DNA of 64,000 nucleotides from NCBI RefSeq assembly GCF_057098645.1, contig NZ_CM169472.1; one strand, 5' to 3'. Shown piece by piece: positions 1 to 10,337 of this stretch (position 1 is its first letter; each line of letters starts with the position of its first letter). The notes under the pieces were generated by a model. It saw only the letters and a program-made list of their open reading frames with translations, ran no database searches and was not told where the DNA came from. The position numbers and the translations under genes were made by a program.

Positions 1-470
<470 letters not shown>

Positions 471-733
471 CTACGCTCCTGAATCTTAAAGACAACAGCG
501 GTGGCTACAGATAGAATTGCAAGCTTTCGTAACTCATGTCCGCTGTTGCGATGACTTCGTGTTAATCTTAACGTTATTACGGCATTGGCACGTCAGAACA
601 AAATCTGAGAGGTGAATCCGTTGAGTATAATTATCTTAGCGACGATTTCGACGACTCAAGAGAATAAATGACGTTTAAGCCATGAAACAAGCTAAAATCC
701 TGCAAAAGACGAGTTTTTACGGGCGTATTTAAA

Positions 734-1834
734 GTGATAATCATAAGATATCTGGTGCGGGAGACGCTCAAAAGCCAGCTGGCGATACTCTTCATCTTGC
801 TTTTGATCTTCTTCTGTCAAAAGTTAGTGAGGATCCTCGGCGCAGCGGTTGACGGCGATATTCCGGCGAATCTGGTGCTCTCCCTTCTCGGGTTGGGCGT
901 GCCGGAAATGGCGCAGCTTATCCTGCCATTAAGCCTGTTCCTCGGGCTGCTGATGACGCTGGGCAAACTGTATACCGAAAGTGAAATTACGGTAATGCAT
1001 GCCTGCGGCCTGAGCAAAGCGGTTCTGGTGAAAGCGGCAATGATCCTTGCGGTATTCACGGCAATCGTCGCGGCGGTTAACGTGATGTGGGCGGGACCGT
1101 GGTCATCGCGTCATCAGGATGAAGTGTTAGCAGAAGCGAAAGCGAACCCTGGCATGGCGGCGCTGGCGCAAGGGCAATTCCAGCAAGCGACTAATGGCAG
1201 CTCGGTGCTGTTCATCGAAAGCGTTGACGGCAGCGATTTCAAAGATGTGTTCCTCGCGCAAATTCGACCAAAAGGTAATGCACGTCCTTCTGTGGTGGTG
1301 GCCGATTCCGGACATTTAACCCAGCTGCGCGACGGCTCCCAGGTCGTCACTCTCAACCAGGGAACGCGCTTCGAAGGCACTGCACTGTTACGTGATTTCC
1401 GCATTACGGACTTCCAGGATTATCAGGCGATCATTGGTCACCAGGCGGTGGCGCTCGACCCGAACGATACCGACCAGATGGACATGCGTACATTGTGGAA
1501 CACTGACACCGATCGTGCCCGCGCAGAACTGAACTGGCGTATCACGTTGGTATTCACCGTGTTTATGATGGCACTTATGGTCGTACCGCTGAGCGTGGTC
1601 AACCCACGTCAGGGACGCGTACTATCGATGCTGCCAGCCATGCTGCTGTATCTACTTTTCTTCCTGATCCAGACCTCCCTGAAATCGAACGGTGGTAAAG
1701 GTAAGCTGGACCCGACGCTGTGGATGTGGACCGTTAACCTGATTTATCTGGCTTTGGCGATTGTTCTCAACCTTTGGGACACCGTGCCGGTCCGCCGCCT
1801 GCGCGCCAGTTTTTCGCGTAAAGGAGCGGTGTGA
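734..1834 (+). CDS. lptF: LPS export ABC transporter permease LptF
   Basis: 366-aa ORF with GTG start, MIIIRYLVRETLKSQLAILFILLLIFF..., multi-pass membrane protein; conserved position next to pepA and upstream of lptG. Confidence 0.9.
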   Translation: MIIIRYLVRETLKSQLAILFILLLIFFCQKLVRILGAAVDGDIPANLVLSLLGLGVPEMAQLILPLSLFLGLLMTLGKLYTESEITVMHACGLSKAVLVKAAMILAVFTAIVAAVNVMWAGPWSSRHQDEVLAEAKANPGMAALAQGQFQQATNGSSVLFIESVDGSDFKDVFLAQIRPKGNARPSVVVADSGHLTQLRDGSQVVTLNQGTRFEGTALLRDFRITDFQDYQAIIGHQAVALDPNDTDQMDMRTLWNTDTDRARAELNWRITLVFTVFMMALMVVPLSVVNPRQGRVLSMLPAMLLYLLFFLIQTSLKSNGGKGKLDPTLWMWTVNLIYLALAIVLNLWDTVPVRRLRASFSRKGAV

Positions 1835-2916
1835 TGCAACCTTTTGGCGTACTTGACCGCTATATCGGTAAAACTATTTTCACCACCATCATGATGACGC
1901 TGTTCATGCTGGTGTCGCTGTCAGGCATTATCAAATTTGTCGATCAGTTGAAAAAAGCCGGGCAGGGGAGTTACGACGCGTTAGGCGCAGGAATGTATAC
2001 CTTGCTGAGCGTGCCGAAAGATGTGCAAATATTCTTCCCGATGGCGGCTCTGCTTGGGGCGTTGCTTGGTCTTGGGATGCTGGCGCAGCGCAGCGAACTG
2101 GTGGTGATGCAGGCTTCTGGTTTCACCCGTATGCAGGTTGCGCTGTCGGTGATGAAAACCGCCATTCCGCTGGTCTTACTGACGATGGCGATTGGTGAAT
2201 GGGTCGCGCCGCAGGGCGAGCAGATGGCGCGTAACTACCGTGCGCAGGCGATGTACGGCGGCTCGTTGCTCTCTACCCAGCAAGGCTTATGGGCGAAAGA
2301 TGGCAACAACTTCGTCTACATTGAGCGGGTTAAAGGAGACGAAGAGTTAGGTGGCATCAGCATTTATGCCTTTAACGAGAATCGTCGTCTGCAATCCGTA
2401 CGCTATGCTGCTACTGCGAAGTTTGACCCGGAACATAAAGTCTGGCGTCTGTCGCAGGTTGATGAATCTGATCTGACCAATCCGAAACAGATCACCGGTT
2501 CGCAGACAGTGAGCGGCACCTGGAAAACCAACCTCACGCCAGACAAACTGGGCGTGGTGGCGCTGGACCCGGATGCACTCTCCATCAGCGGTTTGCACAA
2601 CTATGTGAAGTATCTGAAGTCGAGCGGTCAGGATGCCGGACGTTATCAGCTCAACATGTGGAGCAAAATCTTCCAGCCGCTATCCGTGGCGGTGATGATG
2701 CTGATGGCGCTGTCGTTCATCTTTGGCCCACTGCGTAGCGTACCGATGGGTGTGCGTGTGGTCACCGGTATTAGCTTCGGTTTTGTCTTCTACGTACTGG
2801 ACCAGATCTTCGGCCCGCTGACGTTGGTTTATGGCATCCCGCCGATCATCGGCGCACTGTTGCCAAGCGCCAGCTTCTTCTTAATCAGCCTGTGGCTGTT
2901 AATGAGAAAATCGTAA
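1834..2916 (+). CDS. lptG: LPS export ABC transporter permease LptG
   Basis: About 360-aa ORF MQPFGVLDRYIGKTIFTTIMMTLFMLVSL...; ATG overlaps the lptF stop (GTGATG), indicating translational coupling. Confidence 0.9.
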   Translation: MQPFGVLDRYIGKTIFTTIMMTLFMLVSLSGIIKFVDQLKKAGQGSYDALGAGMYTLLSVPKDVQIFFPMAALLGALLGLGMLAQRSELVVMQASGFTRMQVALSVMKTAIPLVLLTMAIGEWVAPQGEQMARNYRAQAMYGGSLLSTQQGLWAKDGNNFVYIERVKGDEELGGISIYAFNENRRLQSVRYAATAKFDPEHKVWRLSQVDESDLTNPKQITGSQTVSGTWKTNLTPDKLGVVALDPDALSISGLHNYVKYLKSSGQDAGRYQLNMWSKIFQPLSVAVMMLMALSFIFGPLRSVPMGVRVVTGISFGFVFYVLDQIFGPLTLVYGIPPIIGALLPSASFFLISLWLLMRKS

Positions 2917-2930
2917 CCGAATGAACGAAT

Positions 2931-2952
2931 AAAGGGAGCGAAAGCTCCCTTT
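2931..2952. terminator. Stem-loop between convergent lptG and yjgR (likely bidirectional intrinsic terminator)
   Basis: aaagggagc-gaaa-gctcccttt hairpin followed by a T-rich stretch, immediately 3' of lptG stop. Confidence 0.6.
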
Positions 2953-3252
2953 ATTATTGTTAGCAAAGTGTGCTTCGTTCATTCCTGAAAAATTATGAAA
3001 ATCCAATATATTGCAGTGGTGTAGGCATGATAAGACGCGCCAGCGTCGCATCAGGCAAAGACAAATCGCACCTGGCTTACCTTTTTCTCCCCCCCAGCAA
3101 ACTCCCCAACATTCCACGCACAATCTGATTCGTCACCTGGCGGGCGGCGCTTTTCGCCATTGTTTGCACAACACCATCTTTCTTCCCGCCGCGTGGTCCG
3201 GTAGTGCCGAACAAAATATCCTTCAATCCACCAAGAATGCCGTCATCTACCG

Positions 3253-4578
3253 CTACCTCTTTCCCTTTCGCGGGGGATTATTTTGCTGCTCGGTACTGGC
3301 CTGAAAGCCTTTTTGCAACATCTCATAGGCGGATTCCCGGTCCACGTCATCCTCGTACTTGCCATACACCGGAGAGTGATTAATCAAGCCATTGCGCTCA
3401 TCTTCCGTCACCGGTCCCATCCGCGAACAAGGCGCAATCACCATCGCCCGTTCCACCACAGAAGGACTTCCTTTTGCATCGAGAAACGAGATCAACGCTT
3501 CGCCCGTCCCCAGTTCCTGGATTGCCTTTTCGGTATCAAACGCCGGATTAGCCCGCATGGTTTGCGCCGCTGCCTTCACTGCTTTCTGATCTTTTGGCGT
3601 AAAAGCCCGCAAAGCGTGCTGAACGCGATTACCGAGCTGGCCGAGCACATTATCTGGAATATCAGACGGGTTTTGCGAAACGAACCAGACGCCCACGCCT
3701 TTTGAGCGAATAAGCCTTATCACCTGCTCAATCTTATCCAGCAGTACCTGCGGTGCATCGTTAAACAGCAGATGTGCTTCGTCGAAGAAAAACACCAGTT
3801 TTGGCTTCTCCAGATCGCCCGCTTCCGGCAATTGTTCATACAACTCTGAAATCATCCACAGCAGGCTGGCGGCGTACAGTTTCGGCATCTGATAAAGCTT
3901 CTCGGCGCTGAGGATATTAATAACGCCTTTACCGTTGGCATCGGTGCGCATCCAGTCTTTGATATCCAGCATCGGCTCACCAAAGAAGTGTGCTGCGCCT
4001 TGCTGTTCCAGCGACAACAGCCCGCGCTGGATGGCACCAACCGATGCGCTACTGATATTACCGTACTGATTCTGGAAAGATTTGGCGTTATCGCCGATGT
4101 ACTGGGTAATTGCCCGTAGATCTTTAAAGTCGAGCAGTAACAGCCCCTGATCGTCAGCAATGCGGAAAATGATATTCAGCACGCCAGATTGCACATCGTT
4201 GAGATTCAACAGCCGCGCCAGCAACAGCGGCCCCAGATCCGAAACCGTCGCCCGCACCGGGTGGCCTTTCTCGCCAAAGATATCCCACACCACCACCGGA
4301 TTGGCATGCGGTTGCCAGTCATTGACGCCGATATTTTTAAGCCTTGTGAGCAGTTTTTCCGACGCCGTTCCTGCCTGCGCGATACCGGTCAGATCGCCTT
4401 TCACATCAGCCATAAACACCGGAACACCGATTTCCGATAGAGACTCCGCCAGTTTTTGCAGCGTGACAGTTTTACCCGTCCCCGTTGCGCCAGTAATCAG
4501 CCCGTGACGGTTAGCCATTCCCGGCAGTAAAAATAGTTCTGTGTCCGGCGTGCGGGCAATTAACAGGGGTTCGCTCAT
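3253..4578 (-). CDS. yjgR: YjgR-like P-loop ATPase (DUF853 family); reading frame interrupted near the 3' end (see findings)
   Basis: Start ATG at 4576-4578 preceded by [47 protein letters not shown]... with Walker A GATGTGKT. In-frame stop at 3253-3255; the expected C-terminal about 58 codons (..[40 protein letters not shown]) continue in a different frame to a TAA at 3077-3079. Confidence 0.8.
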   Translation of the reverse strand: MSEPLLIARTPDTELFLLPGMANRHGLITGATGTGKTVTLQKLAESLSEIGVPVFMADVKGDLTGIAQAGTASEKLLTRLKNIGVNDWQPHANPVVVWDIFGEKGHPVRATVSDLGPLLLARLLNLNDVQSGVLNIIFRIADDQGLLLLDFKDLRAITQYIGDNAKSFQNQYGNISSASVGAIQRGLLSLEQQGAAHFFGEPMLDIKDWMRTDANGKGVINILSAEKLYQMPKLYAASLLWMISELYEQLPEAGDLEKPKLVFFFDEAHLLFNDAPQVLLDKIEQVIRLIRSKGVGVWFVSQNPSDIPDNVLGQLGNRVQHALRAFTPKDQKAVKAAAQTMRANPAFDTEKAIQELGTGEALISFLDAKGSPSVVERAMVIAPCSRMGPVTEDERNGLINHSPVYGKYEDDVDRESAYEMLQKGFQASTEQQNNPPRKGKR

Positions 4579-4707
4579 GAGATTTCCTCCAGTTTCCTGC
4601 CTGGAGTATAGGCAACGGCTGCGCACTCTTCACCGCTAAATTCAGCAGATTGCGAGACGCCTTCCAAAGAGATTTAAGTGCCGGGCGACAGGCACCCGGC
4701 AAAGGGA

Positions 4708-5727
4708 TCAGAAGTCGGCTTTCAGGACCACTCGGTAGCGCGCTTTACCATCGCGTACATGCTGAATGGCGTCGTTAATTTTCGACATCGGGAACAGTTC
4801 GGTAGTCGGCACAACCTTGCTGCGGGCGGCAAAGCGCATCAGCTTACGCAACTCATAAGGTGTACCGGTAGCAGAGCCAGAGACACTGCGATCGCCCGCA
4901 ATCAGCGTAAAGGCCGGAACCGGCAACGGCGTGAGAACCGCACCGATTGTATGGAAATTACCGCCATAGGTCAGCGCCTCAAAATAAGGCTGCCAGTCGA
5001 GGCTGACGTTGACGGTGTTGATAATGAGATCAAACTGCCCCGCCAGTGCTTTCAGTGCCTGTGGATCGCGGCTATTCACCACTTTATCGGCACCCATCGC
5101 CAGTACTTCCTGCTCTTTCGCCGGATTAGAACTAAAGGCTGTCACCTCGCATCCCATTGCGTGCAGAAGTTTTATAGCGATATGCCCCAGCCCGCCAATA
5201 CCAATTACCCCAACGCGGCTGGTAGCAGTGATATGGTGCATCAACAGTGGTTTAAAGACCGTGATACCGCCGCACAACAGCGGCCCGGCGGACTCGATAT
5301 CAATATTTTCTGGCAGTGGAATCACCCATTGCCAGTCCGCACGCAACTTCTCGGCAAAGCCACCGCGATTCATAATCGTCGGCACCGCACCTTGCTCGCA
5401 GTTGATCTGATTACCGCTAATACAGGCATCGCAATGCCCGCAGCTGCGTGCCGTCCAGCCAATCCCGACACGCTGACCGACCTGCAAACCTTTATCCTGC
5501 GCGGCGCTCCCGAGCGCCACCACGCGACCAATCACCTCATGCCCGGCAACCAGCGGATATTGCGAAAATCCCCATTCGTTATCGATCATCGACAGATCGG
5601 AATGGCAGATCCCGCAGTAATCCACCTGCACTTCAACATCTTGTGGCTTCAGCTCACCGGGATCGTACTCATAAACTTCCAGTTCGCCGCCCGCTTCTTT
5701 TGCGGCATAGCTTTTTATCATCGACAT
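4708..5727 (-). CDS. ahr: NADPH-dependent aldehyde reductase Ahr (YjgB), zinc-dependent alcohol dehydrogenase family
   Basis: [26 protein letters not shown]...; GHEVIG and CGICHSD zinc/ADH motifs; GIGGLGH Rossmann motif; start ATG 5725-5727. Confidence 0.9.
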   Translation of the reverse strand: MSMIKSYAAKEAGGELEVYEYDPGELKPQDVEVQVDYCGICHSDLSMIDNEWGFSQYPLVAGHEVIGRVVALGSAAQDKGLQVGQRVGIGWTARSCGHCDACISGNQINCEQGAVPTIMNRGGFAEKLRADWQWVIPLPENIDIESAGPLLCGGITVFKPLLMHHITATSRVGVIGIGGLGHIAIKLLHAMGCEVTAFSSNPAKEQEVLAMGADKVVNSRDPQALKALAGQFDLIINTVNVSLDWQPYFEALTYGGNFHTIGAVLTPLPVPAFTLIAGDRSVSGSATGTPYELRKLMRFAARSKVVPTTELFPMSKINDAIQHVRDGKARYRVVLKADF

Positions 5728-5865
5728 TTTTTGGTCCTTCTCTGGTGTTGTCTGGGAAGTGTAGAGCATGGCAGGGCGGGGTGCCTGGAGTGTGACAAAG
5801 GTTACACATCGCTGAGTGTAATGCTGAAAATTTCAACACTTAGCGAGGTGCGAGCAAGCTGGCGC

Positions 5866-5893
5866 TTGCATGGTGGCGTGCGACAGGTATAAT
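5866..5893 (+). promoter_or_regulatory. Putative sigma70 promoter of leuX
   Basis: TTGCAT (5866-5871), 16 bp spacer, TATAAT (5888-5893), about 30 bp upstream of the mature tRNA 5' end. Confidence 0.55.
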
Positions 5894-5922
5894 CCACAAC
5901 GTTTTCCGCATACCTCTTCAGT

Positions 5923-6007
5923 GCCGAAGTGGCGAAATCGGTAGACGCAGTTGATTCAAAATCAACCGTAGAAATACGTGCCGGTTCGAGTCCGGCCTTC
6001 GGCACCA
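5923..6007 (+). tRNA. leuX: tRNA-Leu (anticodon CAA), leuX
   Basis: 85-nt sequence GCCGAAGTGGCGAAATCGGTAGACGCAGTTGATTCAAAATCAACCGTAGAAATACGTGCCGGTTCGAGTCCGGCCTTCGGCACCA with long variable arm and encoded CCA end; the anticodon loop carries CAA. Confidence 0.95.
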
Positions 6008-6171
6008 TTATTACTTCCAAGTCCATCCGAGTAAGTCCGATTATCCATTAAAAATCAATACTTTCAGCGATTTCTACGATCTTGGATCGTCCGAGGTTGT
6101 CCGTTGAAATCCGGATGTCATTGGGGGCATAATTGGGGGCATCTTAACTTCGATTAGAAATGTGCCCCCAA

Positions 6172-7446
6172 ATGAAGCTCAATGCTAGACAAGTCGAGAC
6201 AGCAAAGCCAAAAGACAAAAGCTACAAAATGGCCGATGGCGGCGGTTTGTATCTCGAGGTTTCGGCCAAGGGGTCTAAATACTGGCGCATGAAATACCGA
6301 CGCCCCTCTGACAAAAAAGAGGATCGCCTCGCTTTTGGTGTTTGGCCGACCGTGACGCTTGCTGAAGCTAGAACGAGGAGGGATGAAGCGAAAAAGTTGC
6401 TGGCGCAAGGTATAGATCCAAAAGCAGTACAGAAAGAGGCTCAAGCAGAGAATGCTGGTGCTTATAATTTTGAAACTATTGCTCGTGAATGGCACGCCAG
6501 CAACAAACGTTGGAGTGAGGATCATCGGGCGCGTGTTCTTCGCTATCTAGAGCTGTATATCTTTCCTTATATTGGCTTGTCTGATATCCGACAGCTTAAA
6601 ACTAGCCATCTTTTAGCACCGATAAAAAAAGTTGATGCCAGTGGTAAGCATGATGTGGCGCAGCGTCTTCAGCAACGTGTTACTGCTATTATGCGCTATG
6701 CCGTACAGAACGATTATATAGATTCAAATCCTGCAAGTGATATGGCTGGTGCGTTATCGACAGCTAAAACGCGGCACTATCCAGCTCTACCATCACATCG
6801 TTTTCCTGAGTTCTTAGCACGTCTTGCTGCATATCGTGGTCGTATGATGACGAAAATTGCGGTTGAACTTTCTTTATTAACATTTGTTCGTTCCAGTGAG
6901 CTACGTTTCGCTCGCTGGGATGAATTCGACTTCGATAAATCTCTATGGCGTATACCTGCAAAACGCGAGGAAATTAAAGGCGTACGTTACTCATATAGAG
7001 GAATGAAGATGAAGGAAGAGCATCTCGTTCCACTTAGTAGGCAAGCGATAGGGTTGTTGGAGCAGTTAAAGCAGATTAGTGGTGATAAGACGCTGCTTTT
7101 CCCTGGGGATCATGACGCAACTAAGGTTATGAGTGAGAACACTGTTAATAATGCATTGCGTGCGATGGGCTATGATACGAAAACAGAAGTTTGCGGACAT
7201 GGTTTTAGGACAATGGCACGTGGTGCGTTAGGAGAGTCAGGATTATGGAGTGATGATGCTATTGAACGCCAATTGAGCCATTCGGAACGTAATAATGTGC
7301 GAGCTGCGTATATTCATACGTCTGAGCATTTAGATGAGCGCAGACTAATGGTCCAATGGTGGGCAGATTATCTTTATTCCAACAGAGAGAAGCATATCTC
7401 TGCTTTTGAATTTGCAAATAAACTTAATAAAAATAGCCTTGATTAA
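6172..7446 (+). CDS. P4-type tyrosine integrase
   Basis: MKLNARQVETAKPKDKSYKMADGGGLYLEVSAKGSKYWRMKYRR... N-terminus typical of P4-family integrases; C-terminal catalytic region with R..HGFR..Y residues; located directly 3' of the tRNA. Start could also be the upstream ATG at 6160. Confidence 0.85.
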   Translation: MKLNARQVETAKPKDKSYKMADGGGLYLEVSAKGSKYWRMKYRRPSDKKEDRLAFGVWPTVTLAEARTRRDEAKKLLAQGIDPKAVQKEAQAENAGAYNFETIAREWHASNKRWSEDHRARVLRYLELYIFPYIGLSDIRQLKTSHLLAPIKKVDASGKHDVAQRLQQRVTAIMRYAVQNDYIDSNPASDMAGALSTAKTRHYPALPSHRFPEFLARLAAYRGRMMTKIAVELSLLTFVRSSELRFARWDEFDFDKSLWRIPAKREEIKGVRYSYRGMKMKEEHLVPLSRQAIGLLEQLKQISGDKTLLFPGDHDATKVMSENTVNNALRAMGYDTKTEVCGHGFRTMARGALGESGLWSDDAIERQLSHSERNNVRAAYIHTSEHLDERRLMVQWWADYLYSNREKHISAFEFANKLNKNSLD

Positions 7447-7547
7447 GTCTCCGCTTAGTTTGAACTAGCCTTCATCAACAGCAATGCTTGTGTCTTTTTA
7501 ACCTTCACTTAACAACTTCTTAGGCAATTATTCCATTGCTTTTAAAA

Positions 7548-7564
7548 ACTAAGTATTCCTTAGT
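7548..7564. promoter_or_regulatory. Inverted repeat upstream of the HTH gene; candidate controller-protein operator
   Basis: actaag-tattc-cttagt palindrome about 50 bp upstream of the HTH ORF start. Confidence 0.3.
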
Positions 7565-7613
7565 AATTTCGAGTGTAAAAAGTGCAAACCTACCTCCAAA
7601 AAGAGGATTTTCG

Positions 7614-7817
7614 ATGCTTCCAATTAGGTTAAAAAAAGCCCGATTGAATGCTGGGTTAACTCAAGAACAGTTGGGAATACTTGTTGGCATTGATGAATGC
7701 TCTGCCAGTGCTCGCATGAATCAATATGAGAAAGGTAAACATATGCCCGATTTTTCACTTACTAAAAAAATCGCTGATTTATTAAATGTCCCTGTCTCAT
7801 ATTTTTACACACCCTAA
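7614..7817 (+). CDS. Small HTH (XRE-family) regulator; candidate controller (C) protein of the adjacent R-M system
   Basis: 67-aa ORF MLPIRLKKARLNAGLTQEQLGILVGIDECSASARMNQYEKGK... with a classic helix-turn-helix; GAGGA RBS; sits immediately upstream of the putative restriction endonuclease on the same strand. Confidence 0.6.
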   Translation: MLPIRLKKARLNAGLTQEQLGILVGIDECSASARMNQYEKGKHMPDFSLTKKIADLLNVPVSYFYTP

Positions 7818-7911
7818 GATGACTTGGCAGAAATTATTTTGTTGATTAATAAACTAGACAAAAAACAGCGGTTAATTTTATTAAAAAATTTATCAGATGG
7901 ATTTATAAGTC

Positions 7912-8730
7912 ATGAATAAGCAAGAAGTTATACTTAAAGTGCAGGAGTGTGCTGCGTGGTGGATTTTGGAGAGACAAAGTAAACTAACAAAGTTAATGTC
8001 AGAAACAATGTCCATAAATCCGTTTATGACCCCTTTTATTTTTGATTATCATTCCCTTAATGATTTTGATGAACTAGTTGAAGCAATAATTGCTAAGCAT
8101 TTAATGACTGGGCATGATACTGGCTTTGGAAAATTGATTGATGAAAAAATACTTCCTAGAGTGTTTGGTGCATATAAATTAGATAAAAGTTATAGAGCTG
8201 CCAACGAGCCTTTTATACACCCTTGCTTTGATGAAATAGATCATGTAATACAAAGGGATGATGGTAGAATTGAGCTTTTATCTCTTAAGGCAGGGAAATG
8301 GACTATTCAATTGACGATGGCTGTCCAACTAAATAAAGCATTTCACGAAATCATAAATAATTATCCTGGAGTGGCTGACAATATAGTGGTTGGGGTTTTT
8401 TATGGAAATAGCCATGGATTAACTGATAAGTATAGAATCTTACGAGGTATCAATACTGGTGCAAACCACAATGTGATTGATATTCGTGACAAAGTGCATG
8501 TATATGCTGGTAAAGAATTTTGGTCATGGCTTAACAATGGTGAGGCTGAAACCCAGCATTGGGTACTTGAAGGTATAGAACGTGCTGTAAAAGAAGCAGA
8601 TATAAAAGAAAAAAATAAAGATCTTATTGAAAAATTCAAAGAACATGTTGCAAAGAAGTACAATGAGCAAGTTCTAAATGCTGATGGCACAGCTCAATGG
8701 CACAAATTACTTGAAATGATTAATGAATAA
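7912..8730 (+). CDS. Putative type II restriction endonuclease (partner of the convergent m5C methyltransferase)
   Basis: 272-aa AT-rich ORF with no recognised housekeeping similarity, convergent with and 38 bp from a C5-cytosine methyltransferase, preceded by a C-protein-like HTH gene. Assignment is by genomic context. Confidence 0.5.
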   Translation: MNKQEVILKVQECAAWWILERQSKLTKLMSETMSINPFMTPFIFDYHSLNDFDELVEAIIAKHLMTGHDTGFGKLIDEKILPRVFGAYKLDKSYRAANEPFIHPCFDEIDHVIQRDDGRIELLSLKAGKWTIQLTMAVQLNKAFHEIINNYPGVADNIVVGVFYGNSHGLTDKYRILRGINTGANHNVIDIRDKVHVYAGKEFWSWLNNGEAETQHWVLEGIERAVKEADIKEKNKDLIEKFKEHVAKKYNEQVLNADGTAQWHKLLEMINE

Positions 8731-8757
8731 AAAACTGGCCTAAGGGCCAGTTTTTTT
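8731..8757. terminator. Bidirectional intrinsic terminator between convergent REase and MTase genes
   Basis: A-run, ctggcc-taag-ggccag hairpin, T7 run. Confidence 0.7.
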
Positions 8758-8767
8758 ATGACTAATT

Positions 8768-10021
8768 CTAAACTTCTTCTTCAAGGTCGTAGTAAGAAAC
8801 ATCTCCACTATATGCTTGACCATTTTTAAAGAAAGATCTGGTTCTAATATGCGGTCTAATATGGGTTTCTATATAATCTGGAGTTACTAAATCAGCAACC
8901 TTATTTTCTTGTATACGATGAAGAAGTTCCATAGCAGCTTCCCCTGCAACTTTACCTAACCGGACAGGAACTGCGTTACCTATCTGTCTGAATTTTTCTG
9001 TAGTTGTACCTTCAAATTTCCAGTAATCAGGAAACTCTTGTATCGCGGCAGCTTCACCAACAGAAATAGCTCTAAGTTCAGTTGGGTGGCACATACTTGT
9101 TCCCGCATGATTTGGCATTGTTACTACTGTGGGTGAAGGAAACTGGAAAGATAGTTTCCTCCAGTAAGCACTTCTTCCTCCTTTAAGATACCAGCTTTTT
9201 CCCATAGATTCTTTTTGCATTTCTTCTGGCATGCTTCTCCAGTTTCCGCCAGGTGGAACCATTGAAAGATATTTCAGTTTTCTTGGCGAAAAATTCATGA
9301 CTTCTGGATATTTATCAACAAAACCGCTCTCTGGGCCAATTACATCCCCCAGCGTTTTGAATGGCGGAAGATTATCTTCTACTCTATTGCTGAATAAAGG
9401 GGAGGCGAAATTGGCTATCATTCCGAAGCGATTACCAATTAAAATAACACGCTCCCTAATTTGTGGGGCTCCATAGTTGGCAGCATTAACTACAAAGCAA
9501 TCCACATGATAACCTAGTTTATTGAATTCGTTAGCTACCCTTTTTATTAGAGAGCCTTTTTCGAAAGCAGATGCTGCGATTGTGCCTGATAGCTCCTTCT
9601 TTTTAGAAGCTGGAACTATAGACATTGATAATAAACCGCGTACGTTTTCCATTACGAAAACTTTTGGGTTTAATTCTTTAATCATTCGAACGTATTCGAA
9701 AATAAGCTGCCCTCTGGCATCTTCTAGCCCTAACCTATTTCCAAAAACACTAAATGCTTGGCACGGTGGACCGCCAGCAACTAAATCTATTTCTTCTTTA
9801 TCATTCACTCCGGCTAGTGCTAATAATTCAGAGCCAGTGCAGTCAACAATACTACCTTCGAATACAGCAAGATTTGGCTTATTAGTTTTAATTGTTTTTA
9901 GAGCTGCCTTATCTTGTTCAACGCAAGCTACGAGCTCAAAGCCAGCCTCTTCGAGACCTAAGTCTAACCCCATTGCGCCACTAAATAGCGAAATAAACTT
10001 TTTACTAGACAAAATAATCAC
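8768..10021 (-). CDS. DNA (cytosine-5)-methyltransferase
   Basis: 417-aa ORF with m5C-MTase motifs: FSGAMGLDLG (motif I), GGPPCQAFS (motif IV, catalytic PC), ENV (motif VI), QIGNAVP (motif X). Confidence 0.9.
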   Translation of the reverse strand: MIILSSKKFISLFSGAMGLDLGLEEAGFELVACVEQDKAALKTIKTNKPNLAVFEGSIVDCTGSELLALAGVNDKEEIDLVAGGPPCQAFSVFGNRLGLEDARGQLIFEYVRMIKELNPKVFVMENVRGLLSMSIVPASKKKELSGTIAASAFEKGSLIKRVANEFNKLGYHVDCFVVNAANYGAPQIRERVILIGNRFGMIANFASPLFSNRVEDNLPPFKTLGDVIGPESGFVDKYPEVMNFSPRKLKYLSMVPPGGNWRSMPEEMQKESMGKSWYLKGGRSAYWRKLSFQFPSPTVVTMPNHAGTSMCHPTELRAISVGEAAAIQEFPDYWKFEGTTTEKFRQIGNAVPVRLGKVAGEAAMELLHRIQENKVADLVTPDYIETHIRPHIRTRSFFKNGQAYSGDVSYYDLEEEV

Positions 10022-10154
10022 CTACATACTTAGCAGCCAAATACTAGGATATTGTAAAGGATTAACACTAATCCTCAACTCAAGTTTCAGGGATCTTAGC
10101 AGAATCTGCTTTGCAAGGATTCTATGAATGTAAATTAATAGATACTGGCGCGCA

Positions 10155-10173
10155 GTGCTTTCCCCGCCTCGCC
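10155..10173. other. P2/P4-type cos site (19-nt cohesive end sequence)
   Basis: gtgctttccccgcctcgcc is the reverse complement of the P2/P4 cohesive end GGCGAGGCGGGGAAAGCAC as I recall it; located just downstream of psu, as in P4. Confidence 0.65.
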
Positions 10174-10337
10174 CGCCCGCTTTGCAGGGCGGTTTTAATG
10201 CAGTTGCACAGTCACGCTCAGGCTGCGCCGGGAATGGCGCGGTCTGCAGAGAATGAGGCAGGAAAACGCATGCAAAGCCATGCACCTTATCGATGCATGG
10301 CTTTTTTCAGTAAAAACGGGAGGATTTTCGGGGAATT

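Noticed and set aside
4678-5892. 404-aa plus-strand ORF across the ahr locus
   Set aside because: It is antisense to the well-supported ahr gene, lacks an RBS and has a biased His/Arg-rich composition typical of shadow ORFs.
5802-6026. 74-aa minus-strand ORF overlapping leuX
   Set aside because: It lies antisense across a canonical tRNA-Leu and its promoter; it is an ORF-finder artefact.
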